IMG/VR virus record: IMGVR_UViG_3300032046_000005
Location: 32,001-96,000 of that record
Reading direction: 5' to 3' (one strand)
Length of the DNA stretch: 64,000 nucleotides
DNA from: a virus
Position 1 is the first letter of the stretch; every line of letters begins with the position of its first letter. Shown piece by piece: positions 29,851 to 40,491 of the stretch. Made by a program: the position numbers and the translations under genes. Below the pieces are notes generated by a model. That model was not told the DNA's origin and made no database searches. It was given only the letters and a program-made list of their open reading frames with translations.

Positions 29851-30583
29851 AATCTCTTTTCATTTGTTCTGCAGTCAAGTTTCTCCATGTAATTTTATTC
29901 TTATTTTCGTTTTGTTTCATTAGTAAATCACGATCAAAAACTTTTGATCCGGCATAATGAATTATATGCGAATCAAATCGATTAGGAGAAAAATATGTTA
30001 TATGATTAAATTTATAACTTAGATTATAAATCTCAAACCTTAGTTTTCTAATCATATAATTTAAATAATCTTGTTCTGGAGTAACAATACCATTTATTTT
30101 TTGTACATTATTTATTTCTTCTATTGTTGTATTAAAGATTTCTTTATGTTGTCTAGAAGCAACTATAACTCCTGCGTTCATATAACCTGATTTCCAATTT
30201 AAATCACCCAAATGTTTTTGTATGTTTATAATTCGTTCATTTCTGTTTGATTCTGGTATTCCTTCATCTTCAAAAATGCCACCAATTTTATTTTCTGGAA
30301 CAATTTCAAATATATTTGGACAATTAGGAGTAATAATAACATCATAATCCAATCTAAGTATCCTATCGTATTTATCAAAAAGTTCATATATTTGATTCTT
30401 TTCAAACAAATTAATATTAGAATAAGTATCAAATGGTTCTATGTTATATTTCATTTGTGTTATAATTTCTAAATGCAAGTTATATTTTTCACAATACTTT
30501 AAAACTGATGGTTTACAAACTTCCCACTCTTTACTTTCTCCAATTACTATTGGAACAACAACATTAACAGGCTTATTTCTCAT
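29825..30583 (-). CDS. GT8-like glycosyltransferase
   Basis: ILRLDYD, YMNAGV, EQDYLN, IIHYAG. Confidence 0.85.
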   Translation of the reverse strand: MRNKPVNVVVPIVIGESKEWEVCKPSVLKYCEKYNLHLEIITQMKYNIEPFDTYSNINLFEKNQIYELFDKYDRILRLDYDVIITPNCPNIFEIVPENKIGGIFEDEGIPESNRNERIINIQKHLGDLNWKSGYMNAGVIVASRQHKEIFNTTIEEINNVQKINGIVTPEQDYLNYMIRKLRFEIYNLSYKFNHITYFSPNRFDSHIIHYAGSKVFDRDLLMKQNENKNKITWRNLTAEQMKRDYEVLYHEM

Positions 30584-30734
30584 GTTTTATCATCATTCAA
30601 ATAAAATTTCCCATCTTTTTCTTTCCAACAAAAATGTTCTGGAGGATATTCTTTATTGATTGCCCGATATAAATCTTCTTTATTCCTTATTATTTTTTCT
30701 AGTTCTTTCAATAACTTTCCTTTTTCATTTTTCA

Positions 30735-31439
30735 TTATTTACTACTCCTCGCTGAAAAGTTTGTAAAATCAATCATGTTTGAACCTTTTTCAACAACTAA
30801 AAAATATTCGTAAAATCTAAAAGGTAATTTATTTGTAAAATTTTTATTTGAAAAATCTCCTCGCTTTAAGAAATAATATTCTGACAACATTTTATGATTT
30901 TTTTCGTTTAATTGAGTTTGTAATTCAATTACATCAGTAAATGAATTAGGATGTCCTTTTTTTTTAGCTAATATTTCAGCATTACGAGCTAATTTATCAT
31001 TTCCGAAATAATTTATATTTTTTCCGGTAATTAATAATTTCCCACCTATTTTCAAAACTCTTAACATTTCAGAAAGCGATTTTTCTTGTTCTAAAGCGTC
31101 AAATGTTGCCATGCATATTACACGATCAAAAAAATCACTATGAAATGGAAGTCTTTCTGCTTCAGTCTTTATTATTTCAACGGTATTATCATTTGAATGT
31201 TTTTTTGCTTCATTTATCATTTTTTCTGAAATATCGATTGCATATACTTTTACATCAAGTTTTGAATAATATTGAAACAATCTTCCAAAACCACATCCGA
31301 CTTCCAAAACTTTACCTTGTATGTTTGTTTGGCTAATCATCCATTCAATAACATCATCATTAGGAACTTCTTTTATATTTTTTACTTTTTCTTTCCAATA
31401 ATCGTAATAATTGTTCCAATATTCTTCTTTACTATTCAT
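30735..31439 (-). CDS. class I SAM-dependent methyltransferase
   Basis: VLEVGCGFG, AIDIS, AERLPF..FD, RVLKIGG. Confidence 0.9.
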   Translation of the reverse strand: MNSKEEYWNNYYDYWKEKVKNIKEVPNDDVIEWMISQTNIQGKVLEVGCGFGRLFQYYSKLDVKVYAIDISEKMINEAKKHSNDNTVEIIKTEAERLPFHSDFFDRVICMATFDALEQEKSLSEMLRVLKIGGKLLITGKNINYFGNDKLARNAEILAKKKGHPNSFTDVIELQTQLNEKNHKMLSEYYFLKRGDFSNKNFTNKLPFRFYEYFLVVEKGSNMIDFTNFSARSSK

Positions 31440-32745
31440 GTAAAACCCTTCTTTTTATTGTATTAGAATCAACATCTAAAACAACGATTTCAGTCATACC
31501 ATTATCTGTATTAGAAGCAATTCCTATTTTATCTATTGCTTTTTTAGGAAGCGTATAAAAATCAAAAGTGAAAGTCCACCAATTATCACTACGATAATCC
31601 AAATTTTGCCAAATGTATTCACCAGATTTAGTTTTGATTGCAAGAAAAGGTTGAGTTCCAAATATGTTATTTTCTGATATTACATTTAATCTTGAAGAAT
31701 CAAAAGTAAGACTGAATTTGGGAGGGTTTAAATTGGTCGTGTTTGTGACATTTCTTATTCCTTCATTGGCATTACAATATCTAAATTTAACATCTGGATA
31801 TTCTCCTGATACAATTCGTATCATATTTTGTGTTCTATTAATTTCCTTTTTCATATTTCTATAATCGTGATCAGCAAACGAAATCAAGGTTGGTAAACCT
31901 TCTGAAGCTCGTTTGAATCCATCTCTAAAATCATTAATTGAAATTTCTTTTACTCTCGCTTCCATATTCAAACATCTTGCAATCAAACGATGACAATTTC
32001 CTTTTTCTTGATAATCTCTATAATCTGGATGATACGGCATCCATTCTAAAGGAGCATGTCGCCAATCTCCAAAACGTCCATCAGATAAATCAAATTGTTC
32101 TGATGTATTTATTTTCATTGAACTGTTTCCATAAACAAAAGGAATCCATTGTTCAAAAAAATAAGATAAGTCTGGTCTTTCTATACCAGAACGAACTGCA
32201 GAAGGAAACCACAAACGATCTATTATCTTTCTTGCCAATGTTTCATATATTATGGGAGAATAAGTATTTCCTGTTAAGTGAGCATCTTTCTTTATTGAAA
32301 TGGGATGAAAATGAAACTGAATTTCGTCTTCTTTATATTTAAGGTAATGATCGAAAATGTTATGAAATCCCATATCTCGTCTTCGTGGATTTTCTCCCAT
32401 AAAACCGACCCAATCGATACAAAACCAAGTATATTTCCATCCATTTTCAAACGAATCTGGAAAATTATGTCTAAAATCTTTTGATGTAATTTCATTTAAC
32501 ATCACATCTATTTTATCCCAAGTATCGTTATAATCTAAGAGTTCTAGAGAAACCATTTCGGCAATTGCCTTATCTTTTCCCTGTCTTAACATTTCTAAGT
32601 TTTGGAGAGTAGGTTCATACTTTACTCCAAAAATATCATAAATTCGTTCAAATGTAGCTTCTGAAGATTCATATAATGGTCCTTCTGTATCTACACAATG
32701 AACAATATTTACTATTTTTTCATTCTGGATATTCGGAACGAACAC
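31432..32745 (-). CDS. polysaccharide deacetylase-like (NodB-type barrel) protein
   Basis: HCVDTEG, TWF, FHFHP, VRSG, DWR motifs. Confidence 0.6.
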   Translation of the reverse strand: MFVPNIQNEKIVNIVHCVDTEGPLYESSEATFERIYDIFGVKYEPTLQNLEMLRQGKDKAIAEMVSLELLDYNDTWDKIDVMLNEITSKDFRHNFPDSFENGWKYTWFCIDWVGFMGENPRRRDMGFHNIFDHYLKYKEDEIQFHFHPISIKKDAHLTGNTYSPIIYETLARKIIDRLWFPSAVRSGIERPDLSYFFEQWIPFVYGNSSMKINTSEQFDLSDGRFGDWRHAPLEWMPYHPDYRDYQEKGNCHRLIARCLNMEARVKEISINDFRDGFKRASEGLPTLISFADHDYRNMKKEINRTQNMIRIVSGEYPDVKFRYCNANEGIRNVTNTTNLNPPKFSLTFDSSRLNVISENNIFGTQPFLAIKTKSGEYIWQNLDYRSDNWWTFTFDFYTLPKKAIDKIGIASNTDNGMTEIVVLDVDSNTIKRRVLHE

Positions 32746-33617
32746 GATTTACACACATCAATTAAATGAGATTTTTTTTCATCCATCAGTTTTCGAATTT
32801 GAGCAAATTCTTTTCCTAACCAAACATCTTCAATTGTATCTGTATTGATATCTCCTAAGATTTTGTTATCTCCACGCGTTCCACAACATAATACCATTTT
32901 TCCATCTGCTCTTATTGTCATTCGTTGATATATGCTTTCACAAAAGAAATCAGAAGGGTTTTCCATATTGCGAAGATTAATATAATCTTCACAATATGGA
33001 CTTATTCTAATAACATCAGCATAATGCTTCCAAAACTCTTCATATTCTCCTGATTCTATTTCTTCTTTATTCAATGCCATGAGAATTGCTTGAATTTGTA
33101 TTCGGGGTTTTTTTGATTGGTATTCTTTTCGTAATCTGTTTAGTCCATTTAAACCATTAATTACTTTGTTTAAATCTCCATTTACTCGTAATTTTTTATA
33201 TGTTTCTTGGATAAGCGAATCAATTGAAAAAATAATGAGGTCTAAACCACTTTTTATTAATTTAGAAGATATTATATCAGTTAATAAAGTTCCATTTGTT
33301 GCTAACATTACATCGACAATTCCTTTATCTTTTGCATATTTAATTGCTTTTCCTAAGTTTTTATATAATAAAGGTTCTCCAAGATAGCACAATTTAACAG
33401 AAGAACCGCCTTTTTCAGCAAATTCGTCTATTATTTTTTCATACATTTCAAATGGCATATCAAGTAATTCTGGAGGATGTGATGTGTGTTCGCAAAATGC
33501 ACATGAAAGATTGCATCGTGTTGTGATTTCAATATCTGTGTGGATTGGAGTTTTATCTACAATTCGTAGTTTAGGATAATTTTCCCATTTCCAACGATAA
33601 GTTTCATAATCAGTCAT
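32712..33617 (-). CDS. radical SAM/SPASM protein
   Basis: CNLSCAFC, GEPLL, TNG, SID, C-terminal C...DG..LCC...CKSC. Confidence 0.9.
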   Translation of the reverse strand: MTDYETYRWKWENYPKLRIVDKTPIHTDIEITTRCNLSCAFCEHTSHPPELLDMPFEMYEKIIDEFAEKGGSSVKLCYLGEPLLYKNLGKAIKYAKDKGIVDVMLATNGTLLTDIISSKLIKSGLDLIIFSIDSLIQETYKKLRVNGDLNKVINGLNGLNRLRKEYQSKKPRIQIQAILMALNKEEIESGEYEEFWKHYADVIRISPYCEDYINLRNMENPSDFFCESIYQRMTIRADGKMVLCCGTRGDNKILGDINTDTIEDVWLGKEFAQIRKLMDEKKSHLIDVCKSCSFRISRMKK

Positions 33618-33618
33618 T

Positions 33619-34512
33619 TTATAACAATCCTAATATTTTCAAAGCATCTGGCATTAGTTCTCTATAAATTCTAAAAGATCTACAATGTTGTAATTTATAT
33701 TCTTCTGGAGTTAACACATAAGGGTTTGGAAGAGTGGGATCGTGCGTAAATTGAGTATATTCCATTTTTTTGTTCGGATCTCCTTTTTCTTCCATTTTTA
33801 AGAAATCTCCTTTTGCATATTCACCAGTAGGATCTTGATTTTGAATGTCAATACTCATGGGATCTAAACCCCAATCTTTTGCTATTTGACACGACATTAC
33901 GTTCCAATTCCTTAATGGAGTATTGAAAGGAACTAAGCAAGATCGTATTGGATTGTCTTTCAAATATTGCAATATTTGGTTTTTATCCATTTCGTTCAAA
34001 TGAGTTTCGACATGATTAATTACATCTGGATATGTGTGTTTTGGATATTCTAAGAAGTCTAGTAAATCGCTAAATGTTGGTTCTGTATAGTTGTTTAAAT
34101 TACCTAAATCAACTAAATACATTCGAGGATCTTTAAATTCGTGATTATAACACAAATCATAGTAAAATTCGCATTCTTTCAAGAAATCAGGACATTTTTT
34201 CAATGTTTCATCATAAGTTAATTCAGGACATCTATATATTTGCATTGCTTTCATATAACTCTCTTTATCTCGTTTTATAATGATGATTTTATCGTATGGT
34301 CTATTCAAGAGTTTCAAGGGATTTATCAGCAAAACTTCGTTAAATCCTTTTGGAAAATAATATTTATCAATAGTTGCTAAAATTCTACTAATTCCAAAGT
34401 TCCAATTCATTATTTCTCCATACATTTTTTTATGAATTTCTGATATGATGCCACATACCCATGATGCTCCACATCTTTCTACACTTACTATAATTATGTT
34501 TTTTTTAATCAT
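33619..34512 (-). CDS. sulfotransferase-like protein
   Basis: IIVSVERCGASW, IIIIKRD, NLNNYT; paralogue of 29014..29850. Confidence 0.55.
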   Translation of the reverse strand: MIKKNIIIVSVERCGASWVCGIISEIHKKMYGEIMNWNFGISRILATIDKYYFPKGFNEVLLINPLKLLNRPYDKIIIIKRDKESYMKAMQIYRCPELTYDETLKKCPDFLKECEFYYDLCYNHEFKDPRMYLVDLGNLNNYTEPTFSDLLDFLEYPKHTYPDVINHVETHLNEMDKNQILQYLKDNPIRSCLVPFNTPLRNWNVMSCQIAKDWGLDPMSIDIQNQDPTGEYAKGDFLKMEEKGDPNKKMEYTQFTHDPTLPNPYVLTPEEYKLQHCRSFRIYRELMPDALKILGLL

Positions 34513-37500
34513 TTTCTAACTTTACCTATTTTATATTGATTCCATTTTTCTATTATTAATTCTCCCCAATTAGGATTATGTTGCCAGGTAAAAGCTAAAA
34601 TCTGTGATAGAACCTGTCCCCATTTGGTTAAACATACTTCTATTGGAGCCCAACACACTTCTTTTGTTATTTCATCAGGTTGAGTATATTTTACTAGTCC
34701 ATGCCATTGCATGAACATTGTATCTTTTTCATTAAATGTTTGTTTTGTTTCAAGTATTTGATGAACATGCCATGCCCATACTTTTTTGTACTTAAAACCA
34801 TTTTGTTTACATCTTGATTGAAAAATCAAATCTTCATTTCTATAAATAAAATCGTCTTCAATTTCATCAATCAAATCTTTTATTGATTCCTTCTGTATCA
34901 ATTGAAATCCAGAATATGATCTTTTTGTATAATGCGTTTTACCTCGTTTGTATGTTTTTCCATCAAAAAATATTCTTTCAGATTCAATAATTCCAATATC
35001 TGGTTTTGCATGTTTTTGCATTACTCTAAAACTTCCTTTAGTAAGTCTTACATCTGAATGAACGAAGACAAACCAATTTTGGACGAGTTTCATTAATTCA
35101 ACAAGACACATTCCAAGTGTTTTGTATTTTCTTTGATCTATTACTTGTATTTCGATATTAGGTGGAATAATGGGTCGTATTTTATATTTGATAACTTCTT
35201 CAAAATCAAAATCTTTAATTGATCTATTTATTCCAAATATGATGCGTTTGACTGGAATTTCTTTTATCCATGATTTCACATTATCAACAAAAAAATCGGT
35301 ATTAATCCAATAAACAGGACAAATCACATCAAATTTTTCTTTGTCTAATATTTTTAATGTGTCAATAGTAGTCAAAAACGGATTCATTGTGAATGTTTCT
35401 CCTTTTTGCATTTCTTTTTCCATTGGAGTTGTTTCATAACCTTCAGTTTCTTCAGTAGTAATGTAATCTATCGCAGGAGTTATTGTTTTTTTATTTGTTT
35501 TGAATTCTAGTTTTGTATTACTATATTTTGAATGAAGTTTTTGTAATCTTTCGTTGATTAAATCTCCAGCATTAAAATCTGCTGAAAATGCTTCCCACAC
35601 TCGTTCTGGTGTATTTACAGGAATGATGATTGGTCTTCCTTCTTTTGGAAAATCTAAAAAATTAAATATTTCAGTAAATGTAGCTACTGTATAATTGTTT
35701 AAATCTTCTATATATATTCGCAATACTTTTGGAGAATCAATTTCATCATATGTTTGATTGTAATATTCTGCTATTCTATCAAACCATACTTTATATTCCG
35801 GATTATCTTTATCTGTTTTATAGTCAAGATTAGGTTTATATTCATTATAATAGTAGAACAACATTGATTCTTTCCAAGATTCGAATTTTCTTTGCAATAA
35901 AATGATTCGATCATGTGGTTTTTTTACTATATCTTTAATTGGAACATAATTTACAGCATTCCAACCTTTAGGAGAAGGATAATCAGGATGAGCAACTTCT
36001 AATCTACTTATCCTCGTGTTCCATACTTTTCTTTTTTTATACATTTTTTCATATATTAATGAAACATATCGGCAAAACCAAGAAAGTCCACATCGTTCAG
36101 TTGTAGAAATTAATATGTTCAAATCTCCAGGATCATTTTTATATTCAATTGTTCTGTTTTTAAGGATGTTTGGAGTTAATTTAAAGAATAGTTTTGTAAT
36201 ATATTTTGCATTTTCGATATATGTATTATCTTTTAATATTTTTTTATATGCATTTTCTACAATTTCTTGTTTGTTTTGAGTTTGATCATATACTTCTTTG
36301 ATTTCATTTAATGCTTTTATAGCAATATAATGTTTTCCAGCAATAAAACCAGCATTTTCTAGTATTTGTTTATGCGTTTCATTTTCTAATTTAATAATAC
36401 ACAATGTCTTACATGCCATAGTTTCATATATTTTATGTGAAAGGTATTGTTGAGTAGCTATATTAACAAACAATGCTTCACATTTTGGTAGTATTTCTCT
36501 ATATTCAATGTTAGAAATCGGAGTATCAAAACATCGAAATCCTAATTTTTTAAATTCTTCCCATTCGTTATATAAGATGTGAGCAATGGGAACCATCGTG
36601 ATTTCATTTGCTTTTTCTATATATTCTATGGTTTCTCGAAATCCAATTCCGGTTATTCTATCGTATTTCTTTTCTTCTGGATGGTATATTTCAGTGTCAA
36701 TGGCAAGAGGTATGATTTCATGATATGGAACATTATACATCCAAAAAGGAGCAAAAATTTTTTCGAAATAATTCATTACAACTCCATGCCAAAGAAATAT
36801 CACATCAGGATAATCAACTTCTGGAGGTCTTTTGTATTCCCTATGATGATAAAAAACAGGAATGCTTACATCATTTTTCCACAAAAAATTACATTCATCA
36901 ATTAGAATGAGATCTGGATAAAAAGAATATTTTTGTAATATGATTGATAATGGATAATGTTTTTGTTGCATCCAATGTCTATCAAAATATTCGTCATACA
37001 AATCGTGAGGAGAAATATATTTTACTTCTTTTCCTAATTTTTCAAAAGCAATTTTAATACCTTCAGAAAAATGACACGATTCAGCAATAGAGGGACCTAT
37101 TATAAGTATTTTGTTTAATACTATAACTTTTGATATTTTTTCAATTTTTTGTTTTATTTCTTTTTGTTTAATTTCTTCTTTTTTTTGTTTTATTTCTTCT
37201 AATGTAGATTTTGATTTTTCTTCAATTTTTTGCTTTTCTTCTGTTATGTGTTTTATTTCAATTTTTTTTTCAAAGACTTTCAAATCTTCTTTAATTTTAG
37301 GAATTGATGTATAAGTATTACTTATTAACCATTTCAATCTGTCACGCAAATTATTATCAAGATTATATTTTATAAAAATACCCATGCAATATAATAGATT
37401 TTGTTCTATAACTTCATTTGTCCAATTAATTTTTTGAAATTCTGGATCATCAAATCCACTTGGATCTATGTTATCTGCTATATTTTCTAATTCTTTTTTA

Positions 37501-37604
37501 TGATTATCATTATCAAGTTTAAACCTACTAATATGACGCAATATAGAACCTATTTCTTTCTTAGCTTTGTTTTTTAAAATCTTTCTTTCTTCTAATGTTG
37601 CCAT
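34509..37604 (-). CDS. multidomain GT-B (CgeB-like) plus sulfotransferase-like plus GT2-like glycosyltransferase
   Basis: PLAIDTEIY..KIYETMAC..HY..NTY; ISTTERCGLSW..EDLNNYT; DVICPV..FVFVHSD..NED. Confidence 0.7.
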   Translation of the reverse strand: MATLEERKILKNKAKKEIGSILRHISRFKLDNDNHKKELENIADNIDPSGFDDPEFQKINWTNEVIEQNLLYCMGIFIKYNLDNNLRDRLKWLISNTYTSIPKIKEDLKVFEKKIEIKHITEEKQKIEEKSKSTLEEIKQKKEEIKQKEIKQKIEKISKVIVLNKILIIGPSIAESCHFSEGIKIAFEKLGKEVKYISPHDLYDEYFDRHWMQQKHYPLSIILQKYSFYPDLILIDECNFLWKNDVSIPVFYHHREYKRPPEVDYPDVIFLWHGVVMNYFEKIFAPFWMYNVPYHEIIPLAIDTEIYHPEEKKYDRITGIGFRETIEYIEKANEITMVPIAHILYNEWEEFKKLGFRCFDTPISNIEYREILPKCEALFVNIATQQYLSHKIYETMACKTLCIIKLENETHKQILENAGFIAGKHYIAIKALNEIKEVYDQTQNKQEIVENAYKKILKDNTYIENAKYITKLFFKLTPNILKNRTIEYKNDPGDLNILISTTERCGLSWFCRYVSLIYEKMYKKRKVWNTRISRLEVAHPDYPSPKGWNAVNYVPIKDIVKKPHDRIILLQRKFESWKESMLFYYYNEYKPNLDYKTDKDNPEYKVWFDRIAEYYNQTYDEIDSPKVLRIYIEDLNNYTVATFTEIFNFLDFPKEGRPIIIPVNTPERVWEAFSADFNAGDLINERLQKLHSKYSNTKLEFKTNKKTITPAIDYITTEETEGYETTPMEKEMQKGETFTMNPFLTTIDTLKILDKEKFDVICPVYWINTDFFVDNVKSWIKEIPVKRIIFGINRSIKDFDFEEVIKYKIRPIIPPNIEIQVIDQRKYKTLGMCLVELMKLVQNWFVFVHSDVRLTKGSFRVMQKHAKPDIGIIESERIFFDGKTYKRGKTHYTKRSYSGFQLIQKESIKDLIDEIEDDFIYRNEDLIFQSRCKQNGFKYKKVWAWHVHQILETKQTFNEKDTMFMQWHGLVKYTQPDEITKEVCWAPIEVCLTKWGQVLSQILAFTWQHNPNWGELIIEKWNQYKIGKVRK

Positions 37605-38177
37605 TTAGTCAAAATTCCTAATTTTTTCTCTCATTCCTATTTTTTTGCAAGGAGAACCGACGTAAATCGTCCAAGGTTCTAAGTCTTTTAACGCCAATGA
37701 ATTAGAACCGAGTATTGCTCCATCTCCAACCGTGATACAAGGATGAACGATTGAATTAGTTCCTATGACTACATCTTTACCAATATACATTCTTCCTCTT
37801 TTTATATTTTGTTGATTATTTGGAACAGATGCAGTCATGTGAAAGCCTCCTTGATGCAAGTTTGAACCTGTAACCAAACGAGAACCAGCGGCTAATGCGC
37901 TATAATCTCCCATTTCTAATTCCCCTCCTCCTACTATGCTTACAAACGATGCAATATGAACATATTTTCCAATCTTGATTCCCATTCCTCCGTAAAGAAA
38001 TGTAAAATCGTCAATCATGGAATAATCTCCGATTTCTATGACTTCTGGATTTACAAACTTAGCCTGTGGAAAAATTTTTACATTCTTTCCAAAACTTTTG
38101 AAATCATTTGACATTAATTTACGATATCCGTTTTCTAATTTTATTTTTGTTAGGCAATCGATTATTTCATTTGGCAT
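37605..38177 (-). CDS. hexapeptide-repeat (LbH) sugar acyltransferase
   Basis: IEIGDYSMI, IKIGKYVHI, IGKDVVIG, VGDGAILG, GSPCK. Confidence 0.9.
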   Translation of the reverse strand: MPNEIIDCLTKIKLENGYRKLMSNDFKSFGKNVKIFPQAKFVNPEVIEIGDYSMIDDFTFLYGGMGIKIGKYVHIASFVSIVGGGELEMGDYSALAAGSRLVTGSNLHQGGFHMTASVPNNQQNIKRGRMYIGKDVVIGTNSIVHPCITVGDGAILGSNSLALKDLEPWTIYVGSPCKKIGMREKIRNFD

Positions 38178-39004
38178 TTTTTCTCTCCTTTCATATCTCT
38201 TAATATTTTACTTTCTGATTTAGTTCTTATTGTTATATCATATTTTATGAGATTTTGTCTAATAGTTCCATAATTACAATTGTTTTCTTTAGCTATTTCT
38301 AATATACCTTTTTGTAATTTATTTAATTGCTTATTTTTCATACATTTTTCTGAAGTCCAATATTCTATAATTAAATATATTCTACTAAAAAAACATCTAA
38401 TTCTATGATTTGTTATTTCTTTAGAAATTTTTTTTCCTTTTTCCCATTGATGATAACATTTTAATGAACAAAAATGATGACAACTATTTTTATTATATTT
38501 ACAACCTTTTTTTATTACTTCTTTTCCACAATGATCACAATTATATTTATGTTCAATTCCTCCATCTTTCCAATTTGGATTATCTTTACCATTATATTTT
38601 CCTTTTCTCATTTCACTTATTTTTTTCTTTGTTTCAAATGTATGTTTTCCATTATTTCCTCCACATTTAAGATTATAACCATAAGAATGATCTAATGTAT
38701 TATATTTTTGAATGTAAAAATCTTCTTTTCTATTTAATTCATTTTGGCTAATTGCAGAATCAATAATTTTAAATTCAAAATTATTAATTTCATATTTTTT
38801 TAAACTATTACATAAATATGAATTAAAATTATAATTGCGTAATAATTCATTTAATTTACAAGAACGACTTCTAAAACCTCGTTTATTTACTGTTTGACCA
38901 ATATATCTTTTATTATTTATTTTGTTTCTAATTTGATAAATATATCCATAAGGATTTAAAAAATCTTCTAATGTTATCATTCGGCTTTCATTTTTAATTT
39001 CCAA
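38162..39004 (-). CDS. GIY-YIG homing endonuclease (NUMOD3, Zn finger, HTH)
   Basis: GYIY..N..NNKRYIGQT, E..YI..GYNL..GG, HTFETKKKISE..KG..NPNWK. Confidence 0.85.
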   Translation of the reverse strand: MEIKNESRMITLEDFLNPYGYIYQIRNKINNKRYIGQTVNKRGFRSRSCKLNELLRNYNFNSYLCNSLKKYEINNFEFKIIDSAISQNELNRKEDFYIQKYNTLDHSYGYNLKCGGNNGKHTFETKKKISEMRKGKYNGKDNPNWKDGGIEHKYNCDHCGKEVIKKGCKYNKNSCHHFCSLKCYHQWEKGKKISKEITNHRIRCFFSRIYLIIEYWTSEKCMKNKQLNKLQKGILEIAKENNCNYGTIRQNLIKYDITIRTKSESKILRDMKGEKKCQMK

Positions 39005-40011
39005 TATCCATCACCATTCTTTTCTAATATTTTACGATTTGCAAATTTATCTATTGTTTTTAGAAACAATTCTTTTGAAATATTCAAACCACTACAAAAA
39101 TCTTCTTCCATCACTAGATCTTTCTGCCAGTCATATTTATTAACTCTTTTGACGGCTTCTTTTCTACTCATTTCACCGTGTCTTACCATATTACTACAAT
39201 GTTCTGTTGTGGCTCCAAATCCAAATTTGATGAATTTGCAAAATTCATTAATAAGATATCCGACAGTATCCACTTGGCAATATTCAAATCCTTGATATCC
39301 TTCACGATCCCATTCGTTTGTATCGTTTAATCCTTTGAAACCGTATTGTTTTGCAAATTCATATCTCTTTATTAGACTCTTCCAAGGAACATAATAACTT
39401 GTAAATATTACATCAAGATCTTTAAATTCATTAGAATCTTTAAGTAATATTTTAGCATTTGGAGTTTCTTTTTCATTCTTATTTCCAATAGTTATATTTG
39501 TGTTTTCTCCCCAAATAACTAATTTAATACCCATTTTCTGTGCTATTTCTAATGGTTTTTTATAAAGAATTTCATCCCAATATTTTTCTGGATGTAAATA
39601 ATTTAAAAAATCTTCTCTTGTTCTTTTTATAATTTCTTTTCTATTTGGAGTAAAAGTAATGATATCAATTCCAAAACGTTCGCTTAAATTATCAAAATTT
39701 TTTCTTCCAGTATTGGTCCAACTAAAATTATCAATCATTATTCCTAATGGATTCATTAAAAGTTTTTCTTTAAATAAATAAACCAAATAATGAGAATCTT
39801 TTCCTGAACTAATACAAATAATGCAATCATAATTTCCATCATTTCGTTTATATTTTTTACATAATTCTTCAAGTTCTTTCCATCTTTCATTCCAATCTAT
39901 TTTTTTACTTTCTTCAAATTGAACACACGAATTACATATTCCTTCTTTTGTAAACGAAAGATTCAATCTTTGATTAGTCATCACACATCTTTTACAACGC
40001 AAAAATTTCAT
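38977..40011 (-). CDS. N-acetyl sugar amidotransferase (WbpG/PseA-like)
   Basis: CKRC..GICNSC, YDCII.ISSGKDS PP-loop, KFIKFGFG, RHG.MSR.EA. Confidence 0.85.
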   Translation of the reverse strand: MKFLRCKRCVMTNQRLNLSFTKEGICNSCVQFEESKKIDWNERWKELEELCKKYKRNDGNYDCIICISSGKDSHYLVYLFKEKLLMNPLGIMIDNFSWTNTGRKNFDNLSERFGIDIITFTPNRKEIIKRTREDFLNYLHPEKYWDEILYKKPLEIAQKMGIKLVIWGENTNITIGNKNEKETPNAKILLKDSNEFKDLDVIFTSYYVPWKSLIKRYEFAKQYGFKGLNDTNEWDREGYQGFEYCQVDTVGYLINEFCKFIKFGFGATTEHCSNMVRHGEMSRKEAVKRVNKYDWQKDLVMEEDFCSGLNISKELFLKTIDKFANRKILEKNGDGYWKLKMKAE

Positions 40012-40491
40012 TTAAATCAACTTCTTTATAGTATATTGATTGTTGCATATTCCTAAATCCCAATCTTTTTTTGTGTGACAAGAATGACATAACCATTCAT
40101 AATCTTCAATATTTCGTGTATAATTTCCTTTTGAATGATCAAAACTTAATTCTATTTTTCTTTCTTTTCTACATTTCATGCAATATATTGGTTTGGAATA
40201 ATTGGTATTTAACCATATATGAATTGCTTTTTGTCCAGCATTATTTCCTTTCCATAAATAATGTTTTTCTCTTCCTAAAAACCCTTTTAATCCTTTATTC
40301 CAAGGTATTTTTCCTTTTAAATATTTTATTTTTTGAGATTCAGAAAGATTTCTTATTTTTATGTTAAAGCGTACTAACCAATTAAAAACAGTTGTAGGAC
40401 TATTTACATTACATAAATGTGCTATTTCTACAGTTGAATTTTTTTTAATTATATACTGATCATATAACCAATTTTTATCTTTATAACTCAA
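40012..40491 (-). CDS. HTH plus NUMOD plus HNH-like homing endonuclease-related protein
   Basis: YKDKNWLYDQY..EIA; PWNKG; WKG..IHIWL..CMKC..WLCHSCH. Confidence 0.65.
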   Translation of the reverse strand: MSYKDKNWLYDQYIIKKNSTVEIAHLCNVNSPTTVFNWLVRFNIKIRNLSESQKIKYLKGKIPWNKGLKGFLGREKHYLWKGNNAGQKAIHIWLNTNYSKPIYCMKCRKERKIELSFDHSKGNYTRNIEDYEWLCHSCHTKKDWDLGICNNQYTIKKLI

